Assembly: GCA_965204745.1 (NCBI GenBank)
Contig: OZ242010.1
Span: forward strand, 960,001-1,024,000
Length of the DNA: 64,000 bases
Direction of reading: 5' to 3'
Origin: Candidatus Latescibacterota bacterium
Lineage (GTDB): Bacteria; Latescibacterota; UBA2968
Below, piece after piece: positions 1 to 12,548 of the stretch. The notes beneath the pieces were generated by a model. That model had not been told where the DNA came from. It saw only the letters and a program-made list of their open reading frames with translations, and ran no database searches. Each line of letters opens with the position of its first letter. Within the stretch, counting starts at the first letter, position 1. The translations under genes were made by a program, and so were the position numbers.

Positions 1-612
1 CTCGAAGTGATCCCAGGTGCTGTGGAACCGATCTTCGCCATCGGCGGCTGTGATATCGAAGTCGCGGTAGTCGACCGTATGCGGCGGGCATTCGATCTGG
101 ATAAACCCCCCTGCGCGAAACCCCACGTCTTCTCCCGGCGGCAATTCGAGCACCAATTCCTTGATGAAGGTGGCGACATTGTAATTGGAGAGCACCTTGC
201 ACTGCCACTTCTTGACGCTAAACACCTCGGCGGGCACTTCGATATTCATGTCGCCCTTCACCGTCACCTGACACGAGAGCCGGCATCCCTCGCGCGCTTC
301 CTTGCGGTTGATGTGCGATTTCTCGGTCGGCAAAATATCGCCGCCCCCTTCGCGAATCCCCACCTTGCACTGACCGCAGGTGCCCCCGCCGCCACATGCG
401 GAAGACACAAAAATTCTGTTGTCCGCCAATGTGTTGAGCAACTTGCCGCCCACGGGCACCGAAATGCTGTGGTCCGGATCGTCATTGATCACGATGCGCG
501 CCTGACCGGCCGTCACCAACCGCGATCTGGCAATGAGAATAATCGCCACGAGCATGAGCACGATGGTCGTGAACATCCCCACACCGAGTAGAATCAGTTT
601 GACGTCGTCCAT
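1..612 (-). CDS. nqrF: Na+-translocating NADH:quinone reductase subunit F (partial, runs off the window start)
   Basis: Manual translation from ATG at 612: [22 protein letters not shown]...[14 protein letters not shown]...RLSCQV (2Fe-2S motif); follows nqrE. Confidence 0.95.
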   Translation of the reverse strand, partial: MDDVKLILLGVGMFTTIVLMLVAIILIARSRLVTAGQARIVINDDPDHSISVPVGGKLLNTLADNRIFVSSACGGGGTCGQCKVGIREGGGDILPTEKSHINRKEAREGCRLSCQVTVKGDMNIEVPAEVFSVKKWQCKVLSNYNVATFIKELVLELPPGEDVGFRAGGFIQIECPPHTVDYRDFDITAADGEDRFHSTWDHFE

Positions 613-627
613 ACCCTCTCCACATTG

Positions 628-1236
628 CTAAAGTTGAATCCCAGAAAAAAGCATAAAGGCCATCGCCATCAACCCCACGGTCATAAACGTAATGCCCAAC
701 CCGCGCAGGGCCGGCGGCACATTGCTGTACTTCAGTTTTTCGCGTATCCCGGCCAACCCGACGATGGCGAGTGCCCAACCCGTGCCACTGCCCAAGCCGA
801 ACACCACGCTCTCGGAAAAATTGAAATCGCGCTCGACCATCAGCAAGGACCCGCCCAAAATCGCGCAGTTCACCGTGATCAGGGGCAAGAAGATGCCCAA
901 GGCGTTGTACAGGCTGGGAACGTATTTGTCCAACACCATTTCCAAAATTTGAATCATCGCGGCGATCACGCCGATGTACGTGACCAAGCCCAAAAACGTC
1001 AAATCGCCGTCAAACCCGGCCCAAGACAGCGCGCCTTCGGTCAGCACATGGGTAAAAATCAAGTTGTTGATCGGCACGGTGATCGTCTGCACCACGATGA
1101 CCGCGATGCCCAACCCGACCGCCGTCGTCACCTGCTTGGAAACGGCGAGGTACGTACACATGCCCAAGAAAAAAGCAAGGGCCATGTTTTCCACAAAAAC
1201 GGCTTTGACAAACAAGCTAATATAGTGTTCGAGCAT
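628..1236 (-). CDS. nqrE: NQR subunit E
   Basis: [45 protein letters not shown]; operon order. Confidence 0.97.
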   Translation of the reverse strand: MLEHYISLFVKAVFVENMALAFFLGMCTYLAVSKQVTTAVGLGIAVIVVQTITVPINNLIFTHVLTEGALSWAGFDGDLTFLGLVTYIGVIAAMIQILEMVLDKYVPSLYNALGIFLPLITVNCAILGGSLLMVERDFNFSESVVFGLGSGTGWALAIVGLAGIREKLKYSNVPPALRGLGITFMTVGLMAMAFMLFSGIQL

Positions 1237-1237
1237 T

Positions 1238-1915
1238 TTAGTCCTCTTCCACTTGTTCGGGTTTCCAGGCGCGCACGATCCAGATAAAGAACCCGATTAA
1301 GAAAAACGCACTCGGCGACAACAACATCAAACCGTTGGGCGCGTACCAACCCCCTTCGGTGACGAGCGACAAAACTTCAACGCCCAAAATTTTGCCCGAT
1401 CCCAAGAGTTCGCGGAAAAACCCCACCGCGATCAGAATCGTACTGTAGCCCAAGCCATTGCCCACGCCATCCAACAAGCTGTGCATGGGTGGGTTTTTCG
1501 ACGCAAACCCCTCGGCGCGCCCCATGATGATGCAGTTGGTGATGATCAGCCCGACAAAAATGGACAACTGCTTGGAGATGCTGTACGCAAACGCCTGAAT
1601 GAGCTGATCCGCGATGATCACGAGCGCGGCAATAATGGTCATTTGAACGAGGATGCGGACGCTCGACGGAATGTGACTTCTGATCGCGCTGACCGACACA
1701 TTGGACAGTGCCAGCACGAAAATGACCGCCAACGACATCACGATAGACGTTTCCAACTTTGTCGTCACCGCGAGCGCGGAACAAACCCCGAGCACCTGAC
1801 GCCCGATGGGATTGTCGTCAAAAACAGGCGTGAACAACAGGCTCTTGGCTTCTTTCGTTGTCAGCGGCGGCGATGGCGCTATCGCGCGTTCTTCTCTTTC
1901 GATCACTTCAGCCAC
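1238..1915 (-). CDS. nqrD: NQR subunit D
   Basis: [33 protein letters not shown]. Confidence 0.97.
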   Translation of the reverse strand: MAEVIEREERAIAPSPPLTTKEAKSLLFTPVFDDNPIGRQVLGVCSALAVTTKLETSIVMSLAVIFVLALSNVSVSAIRSHIPSSVRILVQMTIIAALVIIADQLIQAFAYSISKQLSIFVGLIITNCIIMGRAEGFASKNPPMHSLLDGVGNGLGYSTILIAVGFFRELLGSGKILGVEVLSLVTEGGWYAPNGLMLLSPSAFFLIGFFIWIVRAWKPEQVEED

Positions 1916-2705
1916 GAACCCCTCCTTGGTTTAGCGTTTTTAAGAATGCACCGTATCCCTTCTCGCCCAGCCAATAATTGATCATATTGTGGACGCCGCG
2001 CGTGGTAATGGTCGCGCCGGACAGGCCATCGACCTGGTATTGTGCTTTTGCCCCCTTGGGATCAACCTGCCCTTTGATCACGGAAAGGGCGACATTGCCC
2101 GCGTCGTCAAACGCCCGTTTGCCCGGCCACAACGCCTTCCATCGGGCATTATCGACCTCGCCTCCCAGGCCCGGGGTCTCGCCGTGTTCGTAAAACGCGA
2201 TGCCCTGAATGCTCTGCAAATCGCTGCCCAGCGACACAAACCCGTAGAGCGTGGACCACAGGCCATACCCGTAGATGGGCAAAATAACGCGCTGCAATTT
2301 GTCGCCTTCCATCACCTGATACACGAAAATGTAGTTCGGGCGGTTGCGGATATTGGCGATGTCTTCGCCCGGATCGACAGGCCGCCCAAACGCGGGGTCA
2401 ACGGCCATTTTTTTCAGATCATACGCCCCCACGCTGATTCCGTCCGGGTAGTCTTCCTGGCTCAAAATCCGCCCGGTATCCAGTTCGATCAGCAAGGGCA
2501 CGACCTTGTCTTCGTAAACCGCCTGCACATCGACCTCGGGATCGTACAGCCCACCTGCGACCAAAATATTCTTCACCATGTCGAGGCGTTTGTTTTCCCT
2601 TTGGATATCATCGAGCAACACCGCGGCCAGCGACACGAAGAACGAACACACCAAACACAGCGCGACCGCGACGAAGATCGTTTTTTTGATGCTGTCATTT
2701 TGCAC
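1908..2705 (-). CDS. nqrC: NQR subunit C
   Basis: GTG start at 2705; [23 protein letters not shown] site [10 protein letters not shown]. Confidence 0.95.
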   Translation of the reverse strand: MQNDSIKKTIFVAVALCLVCSFFVSLAAVLLDDIQRENKRLDMVKNILVAGGLYDPEVDVQAVYEDKVVPLLIELDTGRILSQEDYPDGISVGAYDLKKMAVDPAFGRPVDPGEDIANIRNRPNYIFVYQVMEGDKLQRVILPIYGYGLWSTLYGFVSLGSDLQSIQGIAFYEHGETPGLGGEVDNARWKALWPGKRAFDDAGNVALSVIKGQVDPKGAKAQYQVDGLSGATITTRGVHNMINYWLGEKGYGAFLKTLNQGGVRG

Positions 2706-3897
2706 GGGCGAGTCTCCTCTTGATATTGCGGTTGATAAACACGCGGTCGATGATGGGCGCGAACACATTGCCGAACAAAATCGCCAGCATAATGCCTTCG
2801 GGATAGGCCGGGTTGGTCACGCGGATCAACACGGTCATGCCCCCGATCAACACCCCGTACACCCACTTGCCCCCGCGCGTTACAGCCGCGCTGACGGGGT
2901 CCGTCGCCATAAATACCGTGCCAAATGCAAACCCGCCGATGACGAAATGCCACGCGGGAGACACGTTGAACATCGGGTTGGTCGCGCTACCGACCCAGTT
3001 GAAAAACAACGCACATCCCACCATGCCGAGGGTGACGCCGGCCATGATTTGCCACGAACCCACGCGGGTCAAAATCAACACTCCCGCGCCGAGCAAACAG
3101 CAAAGCGCGGAGGTCTCGCCCATCGACCCGGGCAGAAAGCCGATAAACGCCTCCCACCACGTATAGGAAAAATCCATCTGCTGTGGATCCGCGTACGCGG
3201 CCAATGGCGTGGCGTGGCTATACCCATCTACGGCCACCCAAACCGCGTCGCCCGAGATTTGCGCGGGATAGGCAAAATAGAGAAACGCGCGGCCCGTCAG
3301 CGCGGGATTGAGGAAGTTCATCCCCACGCCGCCGAAAATCTCTTTGCCGATGACCACGCCAAAAATAATGCCGAGCGCGACTTGCCACAGGGGAATCAGC
3401 GGCGGCAATGTCAGCGGAAACAGGGTGCTGGTCACGAGAAAGCCCTCGTTGATCTCGTGTTTGCGAATCACGGCAAAAATGGCCTCGCACAGGCCGCCCG
3501 CGGCCACGGTCATCAGCTGTACGGGCACGAAGTAAATCGCGCCGAGCGCAAAACAACTCAGCACGTCATCGGGTTGAAACGACAAGCCCAAGGCCTGGCC
3601 GAGCCACACATGCCAATCGCCCGCGCCCACCGCGCCGAGCGACGCATAAGCCAGACTCGCTTGCAGGCCCGTATTGTACAGGGCCATCAAAATGCACGGC
3701 TGCAACGACAGCACCACCGTAATCATCATCCGCTTCAAATCCATGCCGTCGCGCACATGGGCATCGGCACGGGTCACTTCGCCGGGGGTGTAGAGGAACG
3801 TGTCGCCGGCTTCGTAAAACGGATACAGTTTCTCGAGCTTGCCACCTTCTTCAAAGTGCTCGGCCTGTTTGTCGAGTAAATCGCGTAAAGGCTTCAC
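2695..3897 (-). CDS. nqrB: NQR subunit B
   Basis: [31 protein letters not shown] site [17 protein letters not shown]. Confidence 0.97.
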   Translation of the reverse strand: MKPLRDLLDKQAEHFEEGGKLEKLYPFYEAGDTFLYTPGEVTRADAHVRDGMDLKRMMITVVLSLQPCILMALYNTGLQASLAYASLGAVGAGDWHVWLGQALGLSFQPDDVLSCFALGAIYFVPVQLMTVAAGGLCEAIFAVIRKHEINEGFLVTSTLFPLTLPPLIPLWQVALGIIFGVVIGKEIFGGVGMNFLNPALTGRAFLYFAYPAQISGDAVWVAVDGYSHATPLAAYADPQQMDFSYTWWEAFIGFLPGSMGETSALCCLLGAGVLILTRVGSWQIMAGVTLGMVGCALFFNWVGSATNPMFNVSPAWHFVIGGFAFGTVFMATDPVSAAVTRGGKWVYGVLIGGMTVLIRVTNPAYPEGIMLAILFGNVFAPIIDRVFINRNIKRRLARAK

Positions 3898-5249
3898 TAT
3901 CCTTCCTTTTCAATCTCGGTGAGGTTTTCGCGCAAAATGGGTCCAAAATCCATTTTTGACGAACACGAAAAGGTACACAATGCGAGGTCTTCCTCGTCCA
4001 ATTCCAAGATGCCCAGATTCTCGGCATCGTCGAGGTCGCGGGTCACGAGGGCGCGAATCAAAAAATTGGGCAAAATATCCAAGGGCATCACGTCGTCGTA
4101 ATTGCCGTGCGGCACCAGGGCGCGATGGCTACCGTTGGTCGACGTGGTCAAGTCGAGGCGTTGCCCGAAAAACAGTTTGGACAGGGCCAAATTCTTGATG
4201 GTGAAAAATTCCAAGCCGGGCGTGACCCAGCCCAAAAACGCGCGTTTGTTGCCCTCTTCGAGCGCGGTGATCTGCTGGTGGTACCGCCCCAAAAACGCGC
4301 GGTGATCATCCGCTTTGCGCCCGGAGAACACGGACCCGCTGATGACCCGATTTTCGACATTCTCGAGTTCGCCCGAGGTCAGATCCTCGAGGGACGCGCC
4401 CAGCCGCGTTCGGATCAATCGGGGGTGTTTCACCGTGGGCCCGCCCAAAGCCACCACGCGCTCGGTCATAATCCGCCCGGTTGAGAACAGATGCCCCCAC
4501 GCGATCACATCCTGAAGCCCGAGGTGCCAGACGGTTTTGTTGCGATGTACGGGGTCCAAAAAGTGGATGTGCGTCCCCACCAAGCCGGCCGGGTGCGGCC
4601 CGGAAAATTCTTCGACCTGCACGCGATCAGAATCGACTGCGGGCAATGCCAACTCTGGGGACTTGCACACAAAAATCGTCCCATCTACGAGTTTTGAGAC
4701 GATTTCCAAGCCCAGTGCAAAACGGTTCTCTCGCCCCGCCAAGACCCGCGCCATGTCGGGGGCCAAGGGGTTGGTGTCCATGGCATTGACGAAAATGGAT
4801 CGCGCCGCTGTCGCCGGGTCGACCACTTTGCCAAAGGGCCGCGCCCTGAGGGCCGTCCATTGCCCGGAATCCACGAGTTGTTTTTTGACCGCATCCGGAG
4901 CCAAACGCCCGATCTCGTCTTCCGAGTGGGATGCGAATGTGACCTCGTCGCTACCATCCAAGCGAATCACCATGGCCAAGAAAGCGCGTTTCGCCCCCCG
5001 ATGAATGGCGACCACGTCGCCCGCGCCGGGCGACGTGTATTGCACACCCGCCATTTTTTTGTCGGTGAACAGCACCTCGCCGAGTTTGACGCGCTCTCCC
5101 ACCTGCGCCACGATTGTGGGCCGCATGCCCACGTAATCCTCACCCAAGAGGGCCACCGTTTGCACGGGTTTGCCATTTCGCACCGCCGATTGATCGGGCA
5201 CGCCGCTGATGGGCAGGTCAAGCCCTTTTTTAATTTTTGTCAATCCCAT
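3897..5249 (-). CDS. nqrA: NQR subunit A
   Basis: [39 protein letters not shown]. Confidence 0.97.
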   Translation of the reverse strand: MGLTKIKKGLDLPISGVPDQSAVRNGKPVQTVALLGEDYVGMRPTIVAQVGERVKLGEVLFTDKKMAGVQYTSPGAGDVVAIHRGAKRAFLAMVIRLDGSDEVTFASHSEDEIGRLAPDAVKKQLVDSGQWTALRARPFGKVVDPATAARSIFVNAMDTNPLAPDMARVLAGRENRFALGLEIVSKLVDGTIFVCKSPELALPAVDSDRVQVEEFSGPHPAGLVGTHIHFLDPVHRNKTVWHLGLQDVIAWGHLFSTGRIMTERVVALGGPTVKHPRLIRTRLGASLEDLTSGELENVENRVISGSVFSGRKADDHRAFLGRYHQQITALEEGNKRAFLGWVTPGLEFFTIKNLALSKLFFGQRLDLTTSTNGSHRALVPHGNYDDVMPLDILPNFLIRALVTRDLDDAENLGILELDEEDLALCTFSCSSKMDFGPILRENLTEIEKEG

Positions 5250-5547
5250 ATCGCCTCAATTTCCCAACCAAAAAAAAACAACCACCACTGTCAGTACAAC
5301 CGGCCCTTGCAGGCGCGGACGAACAGCGCAGTTGCAATGTGTTGGGACAATCAACACCTACGTGGGTAGGAAACAAATCCATTTCAATCCAATAAAGAAC
5401 AGACGCCAGCGCGAAACTGACGCGATATGTCGCCAAAATTTCGACAGAGAACCAACCATCCCGCGATGGAAATAATTTAGTACAAGCCCTTTTAATTGTC
5501 AAGAAAAACGATGTGACAAAACCGCCACGCCGCTCCGCCGATTCCCC

Positions 5548-7217
5548 CTACGGTGCCCAAGCCTGTGGTGCGATGCCTTCGAGGTGGGTTTTGACATCGA
5601 TGATCGCGGGTTTGCCCGAGGCGAGGGCTTGTTCCAACGCGCTCGGCAATTCGCTCGGGCGATAAACTGTCGTGCCAAAGCAATCCATAGATTGTGCGAT
5701 CTTGGCGAAATCCGCATCCGTGAGGATCCACAATTCGTCAGAGCCGGGGGTCTGCCCCCGTAAGTGCGCTCGTTGATGCCCTTTTCTTGGTTCAGGGAGC
5801 GGTTGTTGTTGACAATCGTCACCGTGGGAATGTCGTATCGCAAAGCCGTGTCGAGTTCGGTGAGGTGATACCAGATGCCGCCGTCGCCTGTGAAGCAAAT
5901 CACCGGGCGGTCTGGCTCGGCGCATTTGGCTCCGATTGCCGCGGGCAATCCCCAGCCGAGGGACCCAGCGCAGCGGATGAACATCTGCTCCGGGTGTTTG
6001 AGATCCATCATCGTGCCCGTCCAAATCCCCGAATGGCCCGTGTCCGAGACGAGGATGGCGTCGGCTGGCAGGAGATCCGTGAGTTCCTTGCACAGGCGTT
6101 CCGGGCGCATGGGCATGTCGTCTGAATCGACGAGCGGCGCGACTTCGGCGCGCCAGTCGCGCACCAATGCTCGGACGCGGCTGACCCAGGCCTCGCGTTC
6201 TGCGATGGGGTCCGCATGGTCGATCAACTTTCGTAGCGTTGCCCGCACGTCGCCTTGCAGGCCGAGCGCGAGGGGAAATGACCGACCGAGTTCCGCCGGG
6301 TTGATGTCCAGTTGGATAATGGTCGTGCCCTTGGGCGGGATTTTCCACTCATTGGTGACTTGCCCGCCTGTGTGGCTGCCGATGAAAAACACGAGATCCG
6401 CTTCGCAGACGGCCTTGTTCGCGCATGCCCGCGAGTAGTGCCCGCAAACCCCCACCGCGAGCGGATGGTCATACGGGAAGGTCTCTTTGGCGTTGAGGGA
6501 GGTGGCGACCGGAATGGACAATTTCTCCGCAAATTCGATGAGCTCCGCGCCCGCCTGCGAATAGGTGACGCCCCCGCCGGCAATGATCACGGGCCGCTCT
6601 GCGCGGGCGAGCAACTGAATCGCTTCTCGCACGCGCGACAGTTCCGGCTCTGGGCGAAACGGCGGCACTCGCACAAATTGCCCTTCGATGATGACGTCCA
6701 ACTCCGCTTCGGCTTCTGCGATGTTTTGCCCGATAAATCCCTCAAAGTCGAGATGCACCGGGCCGGGCGTGCCCGAGACGGCTTCCCGAAATGCCTGACG
6801 CAGAAAATACGGCAGTTGCTCGAGCGCGTTCACGTTGACGCTGTATTTTGTGACCGCGCCAAAAGGGCCCTTGTGATCGACTTCTTGATACGCATGCCGA
6901 TGCTGGTTGATCTGCGTCTGCCGTCCGGTAATGGCGATCACCGGCGCGCACGCGAGATAGGCGTCTTGCAGGCCCGCCGCGAGGTTGGCCGCGCCGACCG
7001 ATTGGGCCATGCAAATGCCGGCGCCTCGACTGATGCGGGCGTACGCATCCGCCATGTACGCAGCGGCTTTTTCGCCGTGTGTCATAATGCGTTTGATGCC
7101 CAAATTTTCCATTTCATACAACGCCTTGGGCGCGATGACGGGCATAAAAAAAACGTGGGTAATGCCGTATCCCTTAAAGGTTTCGGCGATGAACCGACCG
7201 CCGGTCATTTTGGGCAT
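5548..7217 (-). CDS. Thiamine pyrophosphate-dependent enzyme (acetolactate synthase-like), with one frameshift near 5755
   Basis: HGEKAAAYMADAYAR and TPP motif GDGG...NN; the C-terminus (DFAKIAQSMDCFG...PAIIDVKT) is in another frame after a C5 run at about 5755-5759. Confidence 0.85.
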
Positions 7218-7636
7218 GGTGTTCTCCTTATCGCGGTTTTACGCAGGGCGATTGATTTTTGAAGACGCCATCAATATAAGCCCAAAAACAAAGTTATCAA
7301 GGGTTCAAGCACCGCGGGAAAACCACTTATTCCCCTCCCTACGCTAAAGAGATGGAATTTTAGGTAGTGTCTCACTTTGCAATTCGCCGACATTCGCAAC
7401 AAAATGATCGACATTTGAATCGGCAATCCGCCCAGCGCGATAACCATGGTTGCTGACCCAACGCAACGCGGGTCAGCCGAATGGTTGGCGCAGATGCCTT
7501 TTCGCCGTCGGATGGGCATTGCATGCCTTGATTTTGAACGGACAAATGTGTAAGTTTGAGGGTGTTGTGGTCGTCATTAAAAAGTCCCGGACTGGGGCTG
7601 AACGCTTTCGGGAAGTGCGTCGTGGATAAAAATTTT

Positions 7637-8584
7637 ATGGCTTTTGATTCCATCGTCGAAGAGGTCGCGCCGGATATGGCGTCGGTGAATGCGTCCATGC
7701 AAGCCCTGATGGGCGAGTTGGACAATTTTCAGGATATCGCACGGTACGTGAAGCCACTGCCGGGGGAAATCCCCATGCTCGATGGTGTGGATATTTACGG
7801 CGAGACCATTCCGCTCAACGGCATCGTGGGGGGCGATCACGTCGTCTATGTCGATTTTAAGACGCGCTACGATCTGAATGCGCGCATCGAGAAGGCCCGC
7901 GACCGGGGGCAGGAGCACGTCGTGAGAGAATTGGAAGCATGCAGGTTCAAGGCCGGGGTTGCTTTGGCCGATGTGTCCGGGCATCTGATTACGGACGCGC
8001 TGCTCGCCGCGATGCTGCATCAGGCTTTTCTGCTCGGCGCGATTTACGAAATGGATTACTACGGCAATATCACGCCCAAGTTGTTTGAAAATCTCAATAC
8101 GCGGTTTTACAACTCGTCTAGCTTGAGCAAGTTCATCACGATGATCTACGGAGAAATTTCCCGGGATGGGCATTTCCAATTTTTGTCGGCCGGGCATCCG
8201 ATGCCGATGGTTTATTCGCGCAGGTACGAGGCGATTGTCGATGTGCCCGAGTCCAAAATGATCGCCTGTCCGCCCATTGGCACGCTGCCGTCTGGCCGGG
8301 ATATCGACCGCAATGCGAACAAGAGCGTGCTCGGGTACAAGGAAGAATACGAGATTAACGAATGGGATTTAATGGGCGCGGGCGATATTCTCATTCTGTA
8401 CACGGATGGCTTGGTCGAGCACCACCGCCATGGCGAGTTGTACGCGCCGCATTATCTCGAACAAAAACTCCACGCGATCAGGGACCTGTCCGCCAAAGAA
8501 ATTTTCCACGCCCTCAAAGAAGACCTCATCGCTTTCACCAAGCCCGAAGACGACATCAGCTACGTCGTCATCAAGCGGTACTGA
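7637..8584 (+). CDS. PP2C/SpoIIE-family Ser/Thr phosphatase
   Basis: VGGD, ADVSGH, SAGHP, LYTDGLVE, DDIS motifs; ATG at 7637. Confidence 0.88.
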   Translation: MAFDSIVEEVAPDMASVNASMQALMGELDNFQDIARYVKPLPGEIPMLDGVDIYGETIPLNGIVGGDHVVYVDFKTRYDLNARIEKARDRGQEHVVRELEACRFKAGVALADVSGHLITDALLAAMLHQAFLLGAIYEMDYYGNITPKLFENLNTRFYNSSSLSKFITMIYGEISRDGHFQFLSAGHPMPMVYSRRYEAIVDVPESKMIACPPIGTLPSGRDIDRNANKSVLGYKEEYEINEWDLMGAGDILILYTDGLVEHHRHGELYAPHYLEQKLHAIRDLSAKEIFHALKEDLIAFTKPEDDISYVVIKRY

Positions 8585-8621
8585 GGCCCCCTCTCCGCAC
8601 ATCCCTCCTTACTTTTTGCCC

Positions 8622-8659
8622 TTGACACACCCTTAAATTCTAACTATACATGTGTGCAG
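8622..8659 (+). promoter_or_regulatory. Sigma70 promoter overlapped by a candidate LexA box
   Basis: TTGACA(8622)-N17-TATACA(8645); imperfect palindrome CTATACATGTGTGCAG at 8644-8659. Confidence 0.6.
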
Positions 8660-8683
8660 TAATTGCTCGCATGGAGGCGCGCT

Positions 8684-9622
8684 ATGTCGGTTCGGGAAAA
8701 AATTCGGAAACGCTATGAGCAGGCCCTGGCGGCACTCGTGGAAAAACTCGAGCGAGACCGCACGGTGCTCGCGGCGATTCTCTTTGGGAGTTTGGCTTAT
8801 GACGAGGTGTGGAAGCACTCGGATATCGACTTGTGGATCATCATGGAGGACGGGCAAAAACAAGGAGGGGTCACGCTTTGCGAGGACGACGTCAACATCC
8901 ACGCCCAGCGCATTTCCCGCAGCGTTTTCAAACGCCGCATCGAAGGCGACCTCAGCGGAGGGTGGCTCGACTTCACGTTTTCCAACAGCGCGCTGTTGTT
9001 CACCAAAGACGACTCGGTGGCGCGGTGGTACGCCACTATCGACCACATCGGCACGCGGGACCGGGCATTCCAACTGATGCGGAACGCGGCCTTTTTGCTG
9101 CCCTCGCTCCACAAGGCCGAGAAGTACTTTTACTTAAAAGAGGACTGCGAATACAGTTTTTGGTGGCTGATGCAGGTCGTGCGCGGGTTGGCGACTATCG
9201 AAGTCCTGTTCCACAACCGAGCACCCGCGCGCGAGGTCATCCACCAGGCCCTGCAATTCAATCCGCAATTTTTCACGCGCGTCTATGCGGATTTTGTCAA
9301 CCAGCCCAAAACGCGCGAAGCCGTTGCAAGCGTGCTCGATCTGGTCAACCGGTATTTGGAAGACAAAACGCACGCCCTCTTTCGGCCCCTGCTCGACTAC
9401 CTCACGGAAGCGGGCGACGTGCGGACCCTGTCTGAAATCGACGATTACTTTCGCAAAAAAATTCAGGGCGGGGGCCTCGAGGAAGCCTGCGAGTGGCTCG
9501 TACAACAGGAAGTCATCGAAAAGCTGTCGTGCCCCATCCACCTGACCGAGAAAAGCCGCGTCGAAGTCGAAGAGCCCGCGTATTATTGCGACGGGGATGT
9601 GGTGGACTTGTTTGAGCAATGA
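8684..9622 (+). CDS. Nucleotidyltransferase-domain protein (Pol-beta superfamily)
   Basis: LFGSLAYDEVWKHSDIDL (GS..DxD motif); GGAGG RBS. Confidence 0.75.
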   Translation: MSVREKIRKRYEQALAALVEKLERDRTVLAAILFGSLAYDEVWKHSDIDLWIIMEDGQKQGGVTLCEDDVNIHAQRISRSVFKRRIEGDLSGGWLDFTFSNSALLFTKDDSVARWYATIDHIGTRDRAFQLMRNAAFLLPSLHKAEKYFYLKEDCEYSFWWLMQVVRGLATIEVLFHNRAPAREVIHQALQFNPQFFTRVYADFVNQPKTREAVASVLDLVNRYLEDKTHALFRPLLDYLTEAGDVRTLSEIDDYFRKKIQGGGLEEACEWLVQQEVIEKLSCPIHLTEKSRVEVEEPAYYCDGDVVDLFEQ

Positions 9623-9632
9623 GGAGATCGAC

Positions 9633-12548
9633 ATGAGATCGACGATTGAAGTCAAAGGTGCACGGGAGAACAATTTGCAAAATATCCATCTCGAAATTCC
9701 GCGAGACAAACTCGTGGTGGTCACGGGGGTCAGTGGTTCGGGCAAATCTTCTTTGGCGTTTGATACGGTGTATGCCGAAGGGCAGCGGCGGTTTATGGAG
9801 TCGCTTTCCACGTTTGCGCGGCGGTTTGTCTCGCAGCTCAAAAAGCCGGATGTCGATTTTGTCAATGGGTTGTCGCCCGTGATTTCCATCGAACAGAAGA
9901 CCGTCATGAAAAACCCCCGGTCCACCGTGGGCACGATGACGGATCTGTACGATTATTTGCGGATGCTCTTTGCAAATATCGGGCAACCGCGCTGTCCGAT
10001 CACGCATGAAAAAGTCAAGGTGTGGACGCCGCATCAGATGATGGAACACATGCTCGCGCTGCCCGAGGGCACAGAGGTCGAAGTTCGCGCGCCCGTGCTC
10101 AAAATTTACGGCGAGGATTACGCCTATCTCTTTGACGACATTCGCACCAAGGGCTATCGCCGCGTGCGGATCGACGGCGGGGTTTGCGATCTCGGCGAAG
10201 AGATGGATTTGGACGAAGACAAAAATTATTTCATCGAAGTGATCGTGGATCGCTTTGTCATTCGCAAGGGCATGGACAAGCAGATCGTCACGTCGCTCAA
10301 GCACGGGCTCGAAGTCATCGGCGAGGGCTTTTTGAGTTTTCGCGTTCTCAAGAGCAAACGCAAAAAAGCCACCGAGACCTTTTACGAAAAACTCGGCGGC
10401 TCGTCTGTGCGCGTGGTCGCAGGGCGCATGCACCACGGCATGTTCACGTTCAACGACCCCTTGGGCGCGTGCATCACTTGCTCGGGCTTGGGCACGTATC
10501 TCAAAGCCCATCCGGACTTGGTGGCCCCAGACAAAGACCGCAGCCTGCGCGATGGGGCATTTGTCAAAGAGGCGTTGAAGTACGATGTCAATACGTGGGG
10601 CGGGCGCATGTTGTACAGTTTGTCGAAAAAGTACGGGTTTGACTTGGACATGCCGTACAAAGCCCTCGCAGACGATGTGAAGGACTTGCTCCTGTACGGC
10701 ACAAAGGGCGAGAAGGTCGTGATCAAACACCCCCCCGGCGCGAAACTCGGCGCGAAGTACGCGGGGCGCGAGTTTAGCTACGACGGCGTTATCAACCAGA
10801 TAGAACGCCGCTACCGCCGGTACCGGCAAAAGGGCGTCGCGCACGGTGGCATGGAAGATTATTTGCGAAAGGTCATGGTCGAAAATCCGTGCCCGGACTG
10901 CGGGGGCGAGCGCCTGAAAAAACAACGCTTGTCGGTCACGATTGAGGATCACAACATCCACAGCTTGGGGCAAATGCACATGCCGGAATTGTTCGCGTTT
11001 CTCACGCAACTCGCGTTGCCGCCCAAGCACCGGGAGGTCGCGTCTCAAATCATCTACGAAATCACGTCTCGCCTCGAACTCCTCATGGGCATCGGCTTGG
11101 ACTATCTCAACCTCAACCGGCCGTCGGGCACGCTTTCCGGGGGCGAATCGCAGCGCATTCGCCTTTCCACGCAAATCGGCTCTGGGCTGATGGGCATGCT
11201 CTACGTGCTCGACGAACCGAGCATTGGCTTGCACCCCAAGGACAATGTCAAGATGATCAACACCATGCGGCGGTTGCGCGACATCGGCAATACGGTGATT
11301 GTGGTGGAACACGACGAGGGCACGATCCGCGCTGCGGATCACATCGTCGAGATGGGGCCTGGGCCGGGGGTTCACGGCGGGCATGTGGTCGCAAGCGGCC
11401 CGCTATCGGAGGTGGTCAAATGCGCGGAATCGCCGACCGCGCAATACCTCAGCGGCAAGCGGCACATCGCGGTTCCGTCCCAACGCCGAGAAAAGAACGG
11501 CCAAGCCCTGTTCATCAAGGGCGCGCGCGCGAACAATCTCAACGACATTGACGTGGAAATCCCGCTCGGCATGTTCACCTGCATCACCGGGGCATCCGGG
11601 TCGGGCAAAAGCACCTTGATTCACGAAGTCCTGTACAAGAAACTCTACAATCTGTACCACGACAGCCGGGTGTTTTCCGGGGATCACGACGACCTCATCG
11701 GGCACGAACACCTCGGCGATGTGATCAATATCGACCAATCGCCCATCGGACGCTCGCCGCGGTCCAACCCCGCGACGTACATCGGCTTTTACGACAACAT
11801 CCGCAGATGCTTTGCGCGCACCCCCGAAGCCGAATCGCGCGGGTACACGGCGTCCCGGTTCAGTTTCAACGTCAAGGGCGGTCGTTGCGAGGAATGCGCG
11901 GGCGAAGGCGCGATTAAGACCAGCCTCGCGTTTATGCCGGACGTGGAAATCCCCTGCCCCACCTGCAAAGGCGCGCGCTACAATGACGAGACCCTCGAAG
12001 TCGCTTATCGGGACAAGACCATCGCCGATGTGTTGGACATGTCGATAGAAGATGGGGTCTCGTTTTTTTGCGACGAGAGACTCGTCGCCCACAAACTCTC
12101 GGTGCTCGACGACCTAGGCTTGGGCTATCTCAAAATCGGCCATCCGGCCACCATCCTCTCTGGCGGCGAGGCGCAGCGCGTCAAACTCGCCAATGAACTC
12201 GGCAAGGTCAAACGCGGGAAGCACAACCTCTACATTCTCGATGAACCCACGACGGGCTTGCACTTGGCGGATATTCAAAAGTTGCTCGACGCGCTCGACA
12301 AGTTGGTGGATGCGGGCCACGCGGTTGTGGTGATCGAACACCACTTGGACGTGATCAAAACCGCGGATTACGTCATCGACCTAGGCCCGGAAGGCGGGCA
12401 CAATGGGGGCGATGTGATCGCAACCGGGCCGCCGGAGGCAATCGTCCAAATTGAGCAGTCTTATACGGGCCAATTTTTGAAATCGCATCTGAATGGAGAA
12501 ATGTCCTATGGCGACAAAAAACCTGACGCCGCTGTTGCAGGTCTATGA
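9633..12548 (+). CDS. uvrA: Excinuclease ABC subunit A (divergent UvrA)
   Basis: Two ABC domains (TGVSGSGKSS, TGASGSGKST), LSGGESQRIRL, FSFNVKGGRCEEC zinc finger. Confidence 0.93.
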   Translation: MRSTIEVKGARENNLQNIHLEIPRDKLVVVTGVSGSGKSSLAFDTVYAEGQRRFMESLSTFARRFVSQLKKPDVDFVNGLSPVISIEQKTVMKNPRSTVGTMTDLYDYLRMLFANIGQPRCPITHEKVKVWTPHQMMEHMLALPEGTEVEVRAPVLKIYGEDYAYLFDDIRTKGYRRVRIDGGVCDLGEEMDLDEDKNYFIEVIVDRFVIRKGMDKQIVTSLKHGLEVIGEGFLSFRVLKSKRKKATETFYEKLGGSSVRVVAGRMHHGMFTFNDPLGACITCSGLGTYLKAHPDLVAPDKDRSLRDGAFVKEALKYDVNTWGGRMLYSLSKKYGFDLDMPYKALADDVKDLLLYGTKGEKVVIKHPPGAKLGAKYAGREFSYDGVINQIERRYRRYRQKGVAHGGMEDYLRKVMVENPCPDCGGERLKKQRLSVTIEDHNIHSLGQMHMPELFAFLTQLALPPKHREVASQIIYEITSRLELLMGIGLDYLNLNRPSGTLSGGESQRIRLSTQIGSGLMGMLYVLDEPSIGLHPKDNVKMINTMRRLRDIGNTVIVVEHDEGTIRAADHIVEMGPGPGVHGGHVVASGPLSEVVKCAESPTAQYLSGKRHIAVPSQRREKNGQALFIKGARANNLNDIDVEIPLGMFTCITGASGSGKSTLIHEVLYKKLYNLYHDSRVFSGDHDDLIGHEHLGDVINIDQSPIGRSPRSNPATYIGFYDNIRRCFARTPEAESRGYTASRFSFNVKGGRCEECAGEGAIKTSLAFMPDVEIPCPTCKGARYNDETLEVAYRDKTIADVLDMSIEDGVSFFCDERLVAHKLSVLDDLGLGYLKIGHPATILSGGEAQRVKLANELGKVKRGKHNLYILDEPTTGLHLADIQKLLDALDKLVDAGHAVVVIEHHLDVIKTADYVIDLGPEGGHNGGDVIATGPPEAIVQIEQSYTGQFLKSHLNGEMSYGDKKPDAAVAGL

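Noticed and set aside
5750-5765. Programmed frameshift or phase variation in the TPP enzyme (also the toxin at 30568 and the remnant near 15185)
   Set aside because: All are single-base indels in short homopolymers, typical of long-read error; cannot be judged without reads
9513-11384. 623-aa antisense ORF and similar shadow ORFs opposite eno, nqrB and metK
   Set aside because: Antisense shadows of well-supported genes in GC-rich DNA
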